DNA of 64,000 bases, from the NCBI RefSeq assembly GCF_018977255.1, contig NW_024704743.1:62126001-62190000 (forward strand), read 5' to 3'. The position numbers were made by a program, and so were the translations under genes. The notes under the pieces are model-generated. The model was not told the DNA's origin. It saw only the letters and a program-made list of their open reading frames with translations, and ran no database searches. How positions within the stretch are numbered: the stretch's first letter is position 1; every line of letters begins with the position of its first letter. This document shows positions 40,926-53,769 of this stretch, one piece after another. Origin of the DNA: Callorhinchus milii (taxonomy: Eukaryota).

Positions 40926-41149
40926 TAATATTATGTGCCCATTGATTGACTCATTCACTAACCATTACTGTGTGGCTCCACCTTTTTCATTAATTATTTT
41001 TAGTTTTCAGTGACCCATAAATCCATTGCAAATACATTTTTATGTATTTCAACCATGAATTAATTCATAATTTATGAATAACTACAAGGTTAAATTTGAA
41101 AAATCTATGCTCTAATGCCTATGCAAATTAATACCAAATACAGAACTGT

Positions 41150-41865
41150 ATAATCAATTGATCAATTTATCAACCATTGTGGCCCAGACATTAGGAAAAA
41201 CTCCCTTTTTTTGAATAGTGCAGTGGATCTGGTAGATGCAAACTTGGTTTAACGTCTCATCTGAAGAACAAGACCTCTGACAATGCAATGCTCCTCCAGA
41301 ACTCATTGGAGTGTCAGCCTGGACTATCATATCAAATCCCAATCTGGGGCTTGAACCTGATCTGTCACTTTCCCTAACCCACCCATGTAGAATGTCTTTT
41401 TTTAATCTTTCTCAAAGTGTCTCCATAAGGACTATGATCTCCTAGTCTAGGTTGCTCCTCGAATTCAGTACTGTATTGTCAGAGCTGCTGTCCTTTGCAT
41501 GAGACAATAAACCAAAATTTAAACCGACTTGTTCTGGAGGACATTAAAGATCCCATGGAACTATTCAATACAAACAATTTACATTTTTATAGCGCTTTTC
41601 ATGTCAGGAGGATATCTCAAAGTTATTCACATAACTGACTTGCCAAAAAGAGAACAGAGTTTCTCCCAGTGTCCTGGCTGAAATCTCCCAGATAAAATTG
41701 ATCATACACTTCATGGCTGTTTGAGGGACATTGCTATGTGCAAATTGGCTTCTGAGTTTGCCTACAAATATGGTCACTACACTTTACAGCAACATCCTCT
41801 GAAGCACTTTGAGATGTTTTGGTGATGTGATTAAATCACTGTATCAAAGGGAAGGATTATTATTA
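41150..41865. mobile_element. Two divergent Deu-domain SINE copies (41150-41360 minus; 41430-41865 plus, with a nested antisense tail at ~41570-41635)
   Basis: Deu core motifs on both strands. Confidence 0.7.
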
Positions 41866-42727
41866 CAGTATGATATTAATAATAATAATAATACTATACA
41901 CTTGGCTCACTGCCAGGCTCCACACTCCATCCTTAGAGTTCCACCAAAATCACAATTGTGAGTGTGGCATGGTGTGGCTGAAAGTGTAAATTTAACCTTG
42001 ATTCTGTAATGCTGTCACTTTTAGGTTTGCTGTATTAGGAACAGGTGTAGACCATTTGATCCATCATGTTCTGTCACTTTATTAGTTCATGCCAACTCTT
42101 TGTCTTTTTAATCCCATTTCCCTGGCTTTTCAAATCTGTGGTTTGTGATCTGCTTCACTTTTGTGAGGTTCAGTTCCCAATTTGAGCAATGTGATAGAGG
42201 TAGAGATAACAAATCACTAACTTTATTATTTCCATTTCAAGTTACCAAAAAAGTGCAGGCTAGACTTGGTTTAGCCTATTAATGCACCTTTGGTAGCTAC
42301 CCTCACAACAGGTTTTTCAATTCCTAGTTTAACCAATCCCGCCTAAAGGCCTTTACATTTGACCACATGTACCCTCCCGCCCCCCAGCTCGGACTCACAG
42401 TCAGCTGTGTGAAGCACTTTGAGACAACCCTCTGAAGTCATAGGTGATACATAAAATGTAAATTGTCATTGTCTTCGTTCATGATACTTTACCTCAGAGA
42501 CCTAACTCACATTTTAATTACAGCAGCTTCCTATTTATAACGTCTAAGGACCTCACTCTCTCCCTCATGCCCTCATAATTATCTCCGTACCACAGGAACC
42601 AGTCTCCAGTTTTAACTCAACCCAATACACCCTCTGGATTCACGCTGGGTTTGGTTAACAATAGATCATAAATATTTGAATTAATGCATGAATACAACGT
42701 TTAAATTAATATATTTTTATTGGATTT

Positions 42728-43046
42728 AATAATAAATAATAATCCTTGCATTTGATATAGCGCTTTTCACGTCGGGAGGACGTCCCAAAGTGCTTCACAG
42801 AACACACTGTAAAGTGAATTGACTGTATATTTGTGGGCGAACGCGGCAGCCAATTGCGCACAGCAATGTCCCACAAACAGTCGTAGATTGAAAATGACCA
42901 ATTTATTATTGTTTTTGGTTTTGGAGGGATTATTATTAGGTGTGTGGAGTAGGGAAACTTGCCCAAGGTTTCGCCCTGTCTGGAATTGAACTCAGGTCTC
43001 TCACTTGCAAAGTGAGTGCTCTAACCATTGAGCTACAGGACTCCAC
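42728..43046 (-). mobile_element. Young tRNA-Ala-derived SINE, full length
   Basis: Near-identical to 2307-2626. Confidence 0.93.
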
Positions 43047-43486
43047 AAAGGCCAACTCGCCAAATTTAAAGGCTAACTCGCCAAATAACTGTCTTGGGAT
43101 GTTCTACCGATGTGAAACGTACTATACAAATGTAATTTGTTGTTGCCTGAAAGGGGTGAATAAATAAAAAAACACATAACTATTGAAATTCGTGGGCTGA
43201 ATGGAATAAACTAATTGTTTCATAAAACAAACCGTAGATCAGTTAAATTCATAATCAACTGCTTTTGGTTATGAATTAATTCGCTGACTGGAATAAATCA
43301 ATATATATAAGCGTTTCACATAAATGTAAATATAATGAATTCATCCATTGGAGCAAATAAATAACTAACTGATTACTGATGTCGATTCTCTGACTGAACT
43401 ATTCACTGAAGATTTGTTTTGCTTAAATAACTAAGTAAATGACACTCCCTAGTTTGGAATAAATAAATGAATTGATAGATTCCTTG

Positions 43487-44035
43487 CAACAACTACAACA
43501 AATTACATTTGTATAGCGCCTTTCAGGTCAGGAGGACGGCCCAATGTGCTGGACAGTTAGGGATCAGCACCCAAGCTGGTGGTTGTGATCAGGAAGGGTA
43601 GAGGACGGGGAAGGTAGGAGTAGGATGGTGACTGAAGGCACGTTCGAAGAGGAGGGTCTTGAAAGAGGCAAGCGAGGGGGCGAGGAGGAGGGACTGTGGG
43701 ATGGAGTTCCAGAGGGTGGGGGCAAAGAGGCTGAAAGCCAGCCCGCCAATAGTGGGGCGGGCGAGGCGGGGGGTGTGAAGCAGGCTGGAGCCCGCTGAGC
43801 AGAGGGAGTGGTCAGGTTGGTAGGGGTTAGGAGTTTGCAGAGGTAGGGGGAGCAAAGCCATGGAGGGCTTTGAAGGTGAGGACCAGGATCTTGAACTGTA
43901 TCCTCTGAGTGAAGGGGAGCCAGTGGAAATGGGCGAGGAGGGGGGGTGATAGGGTCGCGGAGCCTGGTGCGGGAGAGGACATGGGCTGCAGAGTTCTGGA
44001 TGATCTCCAGCCTGTGGAGGGAGGAGTTGGAAACA
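43487..44035 (-). mobile_element. L2 LINE 3' fragment
   Basis: IIQNSAAHVLSRTR..AHFHWLPFTQRIQFKILVLTFKALHG..PTLWNSIP. Confidence 0.92.
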
Positions 44036-44172
44036 TTCAGTTCGATCACAATTGATCTTATTTTACAATAACCTTTCCCTTAGCTTGTCTCTGTCTCTGG
44101 AGGCTCCTTAATACAGCTCTGGTTTGGCTTACCTCCAGCTTGATCATCTCACCATACTTATCGCTCGCATGA

Positions 44173-44232
44173 TAATAATAATAATTATTAATTATTATTA
44201 ATAATTGTCATTAATTATTATTATTATTATGA
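44173..44232. repeat. (TAA)n/(TTA)n AT-rich microsatellite
   Basis: Directly visible. Confidence 0.85.
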
Positions 44233-44676
44233 TATCCACCACCTGCTCCCTCAATTTTCTACCAACCCTGTGATCTGAGTCTCCACCAGTTGCATTGTTT
44301 GACTTTTGTTGAGAAAAGGCAATTTGGCCCCACACGTCCATCCTTGTACAGACTGTGGACATTTGTATCCAACAATTTAATCTCCTGAGGAAAGTTTCTA
44401 GTTTCTCTCCCTCATTCCCAATAAATACCAGAAACTTTCTTTCCTTAAATTATGCCCTTCTAATCCTTGACTGGTTGCCTTCCTTGGCATAATATTCCTA
44501 TGGTACCAGCTGTTGAGGTTTCATCATGTTTCACAAAGTATTTAATTAGGCTGATACAAAAGCTTCCTGACACAGAAGTCGACAACCCTGATACACAGCT
44601 CAAGGGATATGGTGCAGCATATCAGAATGCTATTTCCATCTCTAAGTGCAAGAGGCACGTTGACATTTTTACTTAC

Positions 44677-44755
44677 TTAATTTAGTTTTGATGCTGAGTT
44701 TTATAAAATGTACAGACTTTCTCATGTTGTGGTATGCATTATTGAGTGTGTGGTC
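44677..44755 (-). CDS. Candidate internal exon (DHTLNNAYHNMRKSVHFIKLSIKTKL)
   Basis: Consensus GTAAGT donor; phase 0 start fits 45920-46039. Confidence 0.3.
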
Positions 44756-45344
44756 CTTGCAGATACACTTTCAAGGTCATGTACCGTTCTGTTATTTAGT
44801 GAGATGGCTGTGATTTATTGTTGATAGGGAAGAAGTGGTCGTGGGGAAATAATTGCTGTAAATACTAGCCCATTACTGGTGGAGGATAGACACATGTGCA
44901 ACATATAAAACTAGACCTATTCCTGGTAAAGAGTGACACGGTAGATCTATTTATCAGCGCCTTGGGACGCCCTCCCAACGTGAAAGGTGCTCTATAAATG
45001 TAATTTTGTTGTTGTTACCAATTTTATCTATTTTGCGCTATGGAATATTAAGGTTTGACCTAATGAGTGTCACTCCCTCACCCCCAAGTCCCAATCTCAG
45101 CCCACGCGACCAGATAGCATTTAATAAAATTCTATGTGGCTTCTCAAAAGGAAGAGATGAGAATAGTTGGGTCATTGTTAATTGATCTGAACCATATTTT
45201 AGTGTCTAGTTGAAGAACAGGTTAGTGGTGGCGGGGTGAGAGGTGTTGGGGACAAGCGTTCTGTGTACTTCCTCTACCTCCCTAACACCCCCAAGAGTTC
45301 TGATATACAACCCTGCGTGAGAGTTGCTATATAAATCCGAGTTG

Positions 45345-45830
45345 TTGTCATTGTTATCACCCCCATTCTTGTCCGGCTTCACCGGCTCCCCATCCCTCAG
45401 AGAATTGAGTACAAAACCCACATTCTTACCTTCAAGGCCCTCCACGCTCTAGCTCCCCCCTACCTCTCTGACTTCATAACTCCATATCACCCTATCTGCT
45501 CCCTCCGCTTGGCGGACACTGACTTGCTTCAGGTCCCCCGTACTTCCCGCCCCACCATTGGCTGTCGGGCATTCAGCATCTCTGCCCCCACACTCTGGAA
45601 CTCTATCCCACAATCCCTCCACTTCACCCCCTCTCTTGCCTCCTTCAAGTCCCGTCTGAAGGCCTTAATCTTCGATCGTGCCTTCAGCCAATCTCCCACC
45701 CCCACTCCCCCTACCCTCCTCCCCTTCTGACTCCAACTCCCAGGTCAGGTCCAAAACCCCGGACTGTCCATCGCCCTGGGACGTCTTTCCGACATGAAGG
45801 GCACTATACAAGTGTAATTTGTTGTTGTTG
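45345..45830 (+). mobile_element. L2 LINE 3' fragment
   Basis: ITPILVRLHRLP, AFSISAPTLWNSIP..FKSRLKALIF; (TTG)n tail. Confidence 0.9.
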
Positions 45831-45919
45831 CTGTGTCAACAATTTTCTGTTTTAGATTACAGAATCTGCAGTCAGATTTATTGTGATTTGCAAATACGGC
45901 AAAACAATACAAGTCTTAC

Positions 45920-46039
45920 CTTGTTGGAGAAATGCCTATTCCAATCTCTTTTCATCTCTTGTCCTTTAATGACCATCTTCTGTACCAGGTTGCTTGAACT
46001 TTGACTTAATTTGTCACCATGCACAGCGTCTGAGTTTGA
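45920..46039 (-). CDS. Candidate internal exon (SNSDAVHGDKLSQSSSNLVQKMVIKGQEMKRDWNRHFSNK)
   Basis: caactctttctgcacaAG acceptor, AAG|GTAAGA strong donor, 40 codons, only one frame open. Confidence 0.42.
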
Positions 46040-47556
46040 CTTGTGCAGAAAGAGTTGAGTACAACACGGTGACAGAGCACCCCATGATATCGAGTGCTGC
46101 TTCTTCACTCAGTCAGACACCTGAATCCCAGTGTGAATGTCACACATATTTCAGTTATTGTTGCCCATCACTAGTTAATTGTTACCATGAAATGATATGT
46201 AAGCCAGTAATTAGATACAAAAAGTACCACTTTGACTGTACTATTCTCACACCGTTGAGTTTCAGTAAAAAATACCCAGACTAAATTGCTACATTTCTAA
46301 TGGGATTTGTGCCACCTTTCATGGTGTAATACTACTGCCTGGTCAGCAACTCAATCCTGTTATATGGAACTAACAATCTTTTCTGTTCACAGGGTAGATT
46401 ATTCGAAACTATAAATTCAGCAACCTTTGAAACATTTCTCTTGTCTCGGAATGATTTCAAATGCTCACGGATGCTAGCCTAATGCACTTGTGTCACTTTT
46501 CATGGAGTAATGCTTCAGTCGAACAGGATTTTAATCCTGTTGATAAAGCTGAAACTGCTTACAATGACATTTTCTCATTTTCTGTTTGAAACGATACCAA
46601 AATAGGATTCTAACCACAAATTGCATTTCAAGCGTAATGCCCTTTCAGAGATGTGGTTACCTTTATGTGGGTGAGTCAAACTCCACATCTTCACATTTGG
46701 CTTGTGGCCAGTTTTTGCTTCAGCGATTGACAGAAACCAGCATCAAACGTTAAACCAACACATACAATACACTGTACTTCAGTATTATACTGACCTTGTG
46801 AACTTCTCAAGCAACCATTTGTTGAAACTACTTTATTTTCTGGGAGAAACGCATTTCCCAAGCATAAAACAAGTGCGATGTTATAATAATAATAATCCTT
46901 TGATATAGCGCCTTATCATGTCGAATCCTTCGATATAGACCACCCCCCCACCCTCCCCCCCCCCCCTTCCCCCCCCCACACACACACACTGACAGTATTC
47001 TGTGATGGGGCCAAAAAGAAGAGATTCTAAGATGTTCAATAAACCCAGAGGGAGGTGGGAAATTAAGCTTGGGCAAGTGTGAGGGAAAGAGTCTAAATGC
47101 TCCACGTCAGTCAGCAGAGGTTCTAGACTGCATGATCGTCCAATGTTACACCCATTTACAATGTAACACAGTCTGTCTGGATCTCCTCTGTCAATCAGTC
47201 CTAATGCAAGAGGCTTATTGGAAGAATCTAGGGTTAGGGTTAACCTAACCCTAGGAGCCACCTGCAGAATCGCCAACACCAGGGAAGGTATATATGTTAC
47301 AGTAAAGTTGTGAAACCTGGGATTTTGCGAAATCCCTGAAATTTTCAGTAAAATTTGTGAAACCATGGAATCACTGAAATTAGAAGTCAAGGGTTTCGGG
47401 AAAGTGATAATTTCATCATATTGATAACCTTGCGTTGACATTTGTTAGCATTTTCAACAAATGAATAGTACATTATGAAAAATAATATTTTATTCACTGT
47501 CGATAAAAGATCTATGAAACTTCATGTCACATTTCATTCACTGATGAATCAAATGT

Positions 47557-48400
47557 TCATTTGTTAACACACGTGAGACTTCCATGGCACCGGGAGTTAC
47601 ATTTTAGCTTACTTTGAAGCATTTCAATGGTTGGTCTGACATTTCTTCTGACCGCAGTTACACTTCATAAAGTCCTTGTCCACCACAAATTGACAGCTTC
47701 ACAGAGTGACACTGATTTCTCCTGGTTGACGCAGGTCTCTGTTAATAATCGTTGTGGGCAGAGGTCAAATTGGTTCCTGGAATAATGACCCCTGAGGATG
47801 CCGGCCTTCACTGCTATCTAGTACTTGCACTAAATCTGTATTAATGATGACACCAAGGATATTCCTGGGATCCCCTCTATCCTTGTCCACTGCTGGGATG
47901 GGGACAGCCATGTTGTCTCCAGGTGTAGCAGCTTGGAGATCCAGCCGACTCCGCTTCACTATCCTCTCTGCCAGTGATACTTGTGCCACTTGTGCAGCAG
48001 CTCTTCAGTTTCTGATCTGGGACATGTGATCTTCCAGGGGCTGTGATATAAGAGTCTGTGCACGAGGATCACTGGACATCTCTACTGTCAAGGACATGGG
48101 GATTACAGTACTAAGCTGCGGTGGATCTGTGGCACTGGAGACAGATGGACTGGTAGTGAGTATGTTCGATGACCTCAATTGGACTGGGCTGTCCTGCAGA
48201 AGGGGTGTGTTCGTCAGTGTATGGAGTCCCATCACTGTCACTCAGTGGTGGGATCGAAGCTTCTGTGGCGGTGTTACTTGAGGTGGACTGGTTGTCAGCT
48301 GGTACTTCTTCTAGCTCATTACCAGCAAGAACAGCCAGGAGATCAAGCTCACTTTCCAGTGTAGAAATCACCTCTGTGATGAAGATGTTAGGCCAATACA
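47557..48400 (-). pseudogene. Frameshifted C-terminal part of a Ginger2/KRBA2-like transposase (DDE core absent)
   Basis: GDNMAVPIPAVDKDRGDPRNILGVI, YSRNQFDLC, CGGQG..KCNC..KC..KCF..LKCNSRCHGSLTCVNK*. Confidence 0.85.
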
Positions 48401-48581
48401 ATCCTTATTGCCAAAGATTGCAGCATAAACAGAGCAATTTATTCCTGAATGGTGAGCAGAGCTCTTCTTGAATTCACAAAAGTAACGCCAACTGTCCAAT
48501 TCTAATTTTCATAATGTATTATTTATTTATTGATAATGCTCACAAGTGTCAAGGGAAGGTTATCAATATGATGAAATATTT

Positions 48582-48922
48582 GTCGAGTCCTGTAGCTCAG
48601 TTGTTAGAACACTCGCCTCGCAAGCGAGAGACTTGGGTGTGATTCCTGCCAAGTGCCCTTAATCCACATGCCTCTGTTTACTTAGCAGTAAGTAGGCGGT
48701 TGTTAGTCAATTGGCGTATCGCTTTTTCCGGAGATAATAATTCCTCAAGATAAAAACAATAGTAATTTGGTCACTCAATCCACGACTGTTTGTGGGACAC
48801 TGCTGTGTGCAATTGGCTGCCATGTTTCACCCATACAGTATATTACAGTATATTCTGTGAAGCGCTTTGTGATGTCTAGAAGAAATGAAAAGCGCAATAT
48901 CAAATGCAAGGGTTATTATTAT
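48582..48922 (+). mobile_element. Long variant of the tRNA-SINE, nested in the right TIR of the Ginger2 element
   Basis: tRNA head, extra ~70-bp middle segment, standard tail; TGAAAT occurs on both sides. Confidence 0.88.
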
Positions 48923-49071
48923 TTTGAAATGATCACTTTTTCACAAAATCCCTAATTCTTAATTTCACAACTTTATTGTAACATATACAACTCTGAGCTA
49001 CAAAAAGGAGGAGATCTTCTAGATGGACTAAATTGGAGACTAATGGGATTTCGACTGTTGACTTAGCATAC

Positions 49072-49194
49072 AATTGGAAGATGGAAGTGAATTGCAATGT
49101 CTGCTTCCAGATCACCATTCAGTAGATCCGAACCTTCGGAGAGATAAAAGTGTGAGTGAGGGCACCGACGTCTCATGCCTCCTCCAAACTTGAG
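49072..49194 (-). CDS. Candidate internal exon (LKFGGGMRRRCPHSHFYLSEGSDLLNGDLEADIAIHFHLPI)
   Basis: tttacAG acceptor, GTATGC donor, 41 codons; GC and CpG content higher than the flanks. Confidence 0.35.
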
Positions 49195-50630
49195 CTGTAA
49201 ACTCAAGCTGCTGGTGCTGTGATTCAACAATTTTAAGAACAGCATCTATTAGTGGCAGGTGGAGGATTTAGATCCCAATTCTATATCTAAACTTGTGAAC
49301 AATGGTGGATTGGCTCCCTGATGATTGAGATTGTCATGTAAAATGGGGGTGTTGTTTGGGAGGGTGTTGATTGTGGGGTGGGGGGGGTTGACTTGTGGAG
49401 GCGCCAAATAGCATAAAACATCCACCCGTCTAAAAACGTTGTCAGGCTTCAAAGGAACTTCTTAACAGGGCTGCACAAGGTGGTAAGGATCAGGAGCCAA
49501 TCATGGGGGCGCTCAGGAAGTTTCCTGATTTCCTGTATACTCAGTCCGCCCACTTGTGAATCACTAATGGATTATAAATAACCTCTGATAAACAGCCCCT
49601 ATTTTAACTATGCCTCCAATTCCTAGTGCTGAAATCTGTGACTGAAAACCATTGTTTAGAAAAATTACCATTCTAAGCTAAATATGTTTGTGCAATACAG
49701 TAGATGTAGCGAACCTTGGCTCACCCTCCGATAGGAGGAACAAAGCTAAATTCAGGATTATTATCATTTGTTCTAATTCTAACTCCGCAGTTAAAAAAAT
49801 TAAAGGCTGCATAAAGTTGAGAAACCCAAAGAATCCCTTGATTTAAATCCACAAATATATAAAGGTAAACAATTTTGACCTATGCAGAAACCCATCACCA
49901 TGCTTAACATAATTCAAGCCAGACTGAGTGTGCCACATATGTATGCCAGCTAAGAATGGGAAAGCTCCAGTATCTGGAATGGAATGCACATTTTCTCCTG
50001 AGGAATACATCCTGTTTACCTAATATTGGAAATTATTAGGCTCAGGTTGGCGAAAGCTCTGGCCTGGAGGACAGGAGGTAATTGAATATGGCACAGAGTC
50101 CATTTTGATCTGGACATTCTGGGCCAAATATCTAAGAATATTTTAGACAGTTGGTCCAGAGTGGAAGTCTTTGGGACATTTTGTTGTCTTCGTACTTATT
50201 TTAAATCAGAGAGTAAACTGCAAAATGAAATAAAGTCTCAACACTTTGTTCTTGTTTTTTTTGCAGAAAACAAGTAACTCATACAATAAAACAGAACAGA
50301 TGACAATAAATAGAATCATAGAATTTTTCAGCCCATCGTGCATGTGCCAAAATGTAATCTGATGTGTATCATCCATCTGATAAAGTCCTCGTTGTTCACT
50401 CACAAAACACACAGTCACTACACTTTACAGTAAATCCTGTGAAGTGATTTGGGGTGTCCTCTTGACAAGAAAGGCACTCTATCAATGTAAGGATTATTAT
50501 TATTATGAAGTACACAAGGCAGATATGAAGTAAAAAGTGTTCTGCTTCACTATATATATTTTTACTCTTTAAGATAGCCTGGTATCAGACTATTAAGGGA
50601 TTATGTTTATCTGTGTTGTTAGGCCTCTAT

Positions 50631-52603
50631 GAGGAATACTCAAGTGGATATGACTGCTCTACACAGACATCTGTAGTGCAGTCACAGTAAAAGGGTACGA
50701 GACTGAGCAGTACCCCATCAGTAAGGAGTATGGCAAGGCTGTCCCCTACCCCCCACCCTGTTTGTCTGCCTCATCGAAACCTTTGCACAGGCCATCAGGA
50801 GAGACAAGAGCATCAGAGGTGTCACCATCCTGGGCAGACATGGCTCACAAGCCAAGGCCTCCCTGACTATGGATGATGTCACCGTCTTTTGCACAGACCA
50901 AAAAATCGGTCTTGAGCCTGCTAGGCATTTGCAACCGGTTTGAGCAAGCCTTGGGAGCCAAGGTCAACCGCCAGAAAAGCCAGGTGATGTATTTTGGAGA
51001 CTGGAAAGAATGCATTCACATACAATTTGCGGTGAAGCCAGACAACATCAAAGTCCTTGGCATCTGGTTCGGGGTGTGCCAAAAATACTGGGAGGAGCGT
51101 CTAACTACAGTGAGGAAGAAACTGATGATGTGGAGCCAGCGCTCGCTGTCCATCACTAGGAAAAATCTGGTGATAAAGTGTGAGGCCGTCTCAGTGTTAC
51201 TGTACATGGCTCAGGTCTGGCTTTTGACCAAGAACAATGTCACTGCAGTCACCAGAGATGTCTTCCAATTGATCTGGGGGTCCAAGGTGGATAGTGTCTG
51301 CACAGAACACCGGAAAACAGGTGAAAAGGGGTCCCTAATGTAACCCTGATCCATGGCCACCTTTGTGTGTAGCTGCCTGAAGCTGTGCCTGGAGCCCTGT
51401 CTCACCGGCAACAAATGCTGCTCCGTGCTGGCCTTCTGCCTGTACCTGGTGCTAAGAAGGCTGGGTCTGGCAGAACTGCCTCGAAACATTCCATACTGTT
51501 GGAACGTGCTGAACCACCTATCCTATGTTGAGAAATTCTTGAAGAACAACATCCCAGACCCCCGCGCAATCACCGAGTGGTTGGTATGACAGGTAGTCGA
51601 AAAGTTCGAAAGGGGGAGAAGGCAGACCCGATGGGGAGGCACCCTGCTGCGACAGCCAGCTATGTCTGATAAAACGCCTTGACGCTGGCCCTGTCCAACA
51701 ACCATCAGGACATGGCCTGGCTGGCGATAAAAGGGCCTCCCCCTCAGGGCTTTCATGCACGGTTGAGGTCTGGACCAGTCAGCATATTGCCCTCAGGTGG
51801 GCTGCAGAGGCCAGGAGACCGGGGTCCACCTCTTTCTGGAGTGTTGTTTTGCAAAGGCGGTTTGGAAAAAGATGGAATGGATTCTCTTGGTATCCTGTCC
51901 CTGGGGACCCGCTGTCATGGCACTCAGTGCTGTACGTCCTGTTGCTGGGCCCTCACAGCGAAACCCACATTGAGTGCCTGGAGAATTATATACTTGGTAA
52001 TGAAGGCCCTTTGGCACTCCCAAAACCAGGTGCTCCTCTGGCAGAATGAGGGGACGGTGAAGGCCTGCCTCAAGCTTGCACACGCTAGGATCAGGGACTA
52101 TATACAAGCTGAAGTTTGGTTCAACTGCAGAAAAGATCAAATGGGACCTGACCCCATCAGGAGCCGCTCCAGCACAAACCGCTCAGGGTGCACCCTCCGG
52201 GTAGCCCACGAGCTCACCCAAATCTGACTGAAATAAACGTAAGGGGACAGAAAGACGCTCAAGATGTAACTGAAAAGCTTCCCGAAAATGTATGTACGGT
52301 AAACAAGTGCATGTACGGTGCATATTGGGGTGCTTTCCGAAAGCGGCAAGTGCACCCTATTAGCATATGCATGGGCACGCACATGGATGTGGTGTACACA
52401 GGGGTGGCTCCCAACTGTGTTAAAGGGATTGTCCCAAAAAACGTGTGCACAACCTTATGTGCGGTGAAGGAAAGTGCCGTAAACAATGGAATGTTTCTTG
52501 TATTGGGAAAAAGGAAAAAAATTGTAACAGAAGATGTTGTGTTTGTTTTGGATTTCTGTTATACCATATATATTTATGAATAAATATCTATTTTTTAAAA
52601 AAA
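50631..52603 (+). mobile_element. Tx1/L1-clade non-LTR retrotransposon, 5'-truncated, degenerate ORF2
   Basis: GVWQGCP, IRGVTI, MDDVTVF, GAKVNRQKS, IKVLGIWF, CCHC knuckle (CP..GC...ET..HLFLEC.FAKAVW); AATAAA and short A tail; 13-bp TSD GTTAGGCCTCTAT at 50618-50630 and 52604-52616. Confidence 0.93.
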
Positions 52604-53769
52604 GTTAGGCCTCTATCAGGGCGATTGTTTGTGCAAAGACGAACAATTTACAACTGTTGTTATCAGCATTGTGATGTGCATGTTAGAAAATTTAACCCAA
52701 GGGGTCAGAACAAAGACATAATAATCATATGTTCTCAGCCCATTAACAAGCTTAAAATCAGATTCCTGACCCTGATGTTAGTAGATTGATGGGGGAGCGA
52801 ATGAAAGAACCAATTTAGCTAATGATGCACAACATGCAAACTCTGATGAACAGAATCTGAAGCACTGTCAAGGCCCAGAAACGTCTGGCTCTGTCTGCTG
52901 CTGTTTTACGGTGTGATGTGGGGAGAAGTGAAAGAGGGAGAACCTCCTAACTTCTGTAGACGGTGCATCCCTGCTTGTTTTTTTCAGATAAAAGCAATCA
53001 AGACCCTTTAATCTTTTCCGGTAAAACCAGTGTGATTTAGAAACTTTTTTATTTTTTATTTTCCAAATACAATATAAAACATAATATCCAATATGGGGAG
53101 AAAGGCTCAGCTCTGAGTCCTAGAATAAATAATAATCCTTGCAATTGATATAGCACCTATAACATCGTAAAGTTTCAACTCAAACTACTTCACAGGTGGA
53201 ACGGTGGATAATCCTGCCATTGAGATGTCACCCTGCAGATCTTCTCTCCTACAAGCTGGGTTAAACCACTTGAATTTGATGATTTCCCACAAGAATACAG
53301 CAATTCCTCAGATAAAATTGGTCATTCACTTCATGGTTGTTTGTGGGACATTGCTGAGTGCAAATTGACCGCCACATTTGCCTACAAGTACACAGTCACT
53401 TCATTGCATAGTAAATCCCCTGAAATGCTTCAAGATGTTTCAGAAACGTGATTAAGCCATTATATCAAATGCATTATTATTAATAGATTATTATTGACTA
53501 CTATTCCTCCACCCTTGCTCCTCGGCCCTTCTCAAAGACAATTCAACCTTTTTCTAAGGATTGAGTCATCCCTTGAGGATGTAGTTGAATTATATGTTGT
53601 ATCAACAGCTGAAAGCTGCTTCATACAGAAACAGATTCATACAGAATTTGTTTTAAAGCTCTATGGAAGTAATAAAGCAGAGTGAGCAGTGAACATTCTA
53701 ATATATTTCATATCTTTTATATTGCCTTATTGCCATTCCTGCAATTTTAGTCTAGATTTATGTGATTGA

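Larger units (their letters stand above)
47295..48983 (-). mobile_element. Ginger2-type DNA transposon, internally deleted non-autonomous copy
   Basis: Ends TGTTACAGTAAAGTTGTGAAA / TTTCACAACTTTATTGTAACA; inner TIR match of 47410-47481 with 48506-48577; TATA TSD at 47291-47294 and 48984-48987; KRBA2/SCAND3-like coding remnant. Confidence 0.88.

Noticed and set aside
50873..52227. Longest ORFs (156 and 182 aa) as functional genes
   Set aside because: Fragments of a frameshifted, 5'-truncated Tx1 ORF2
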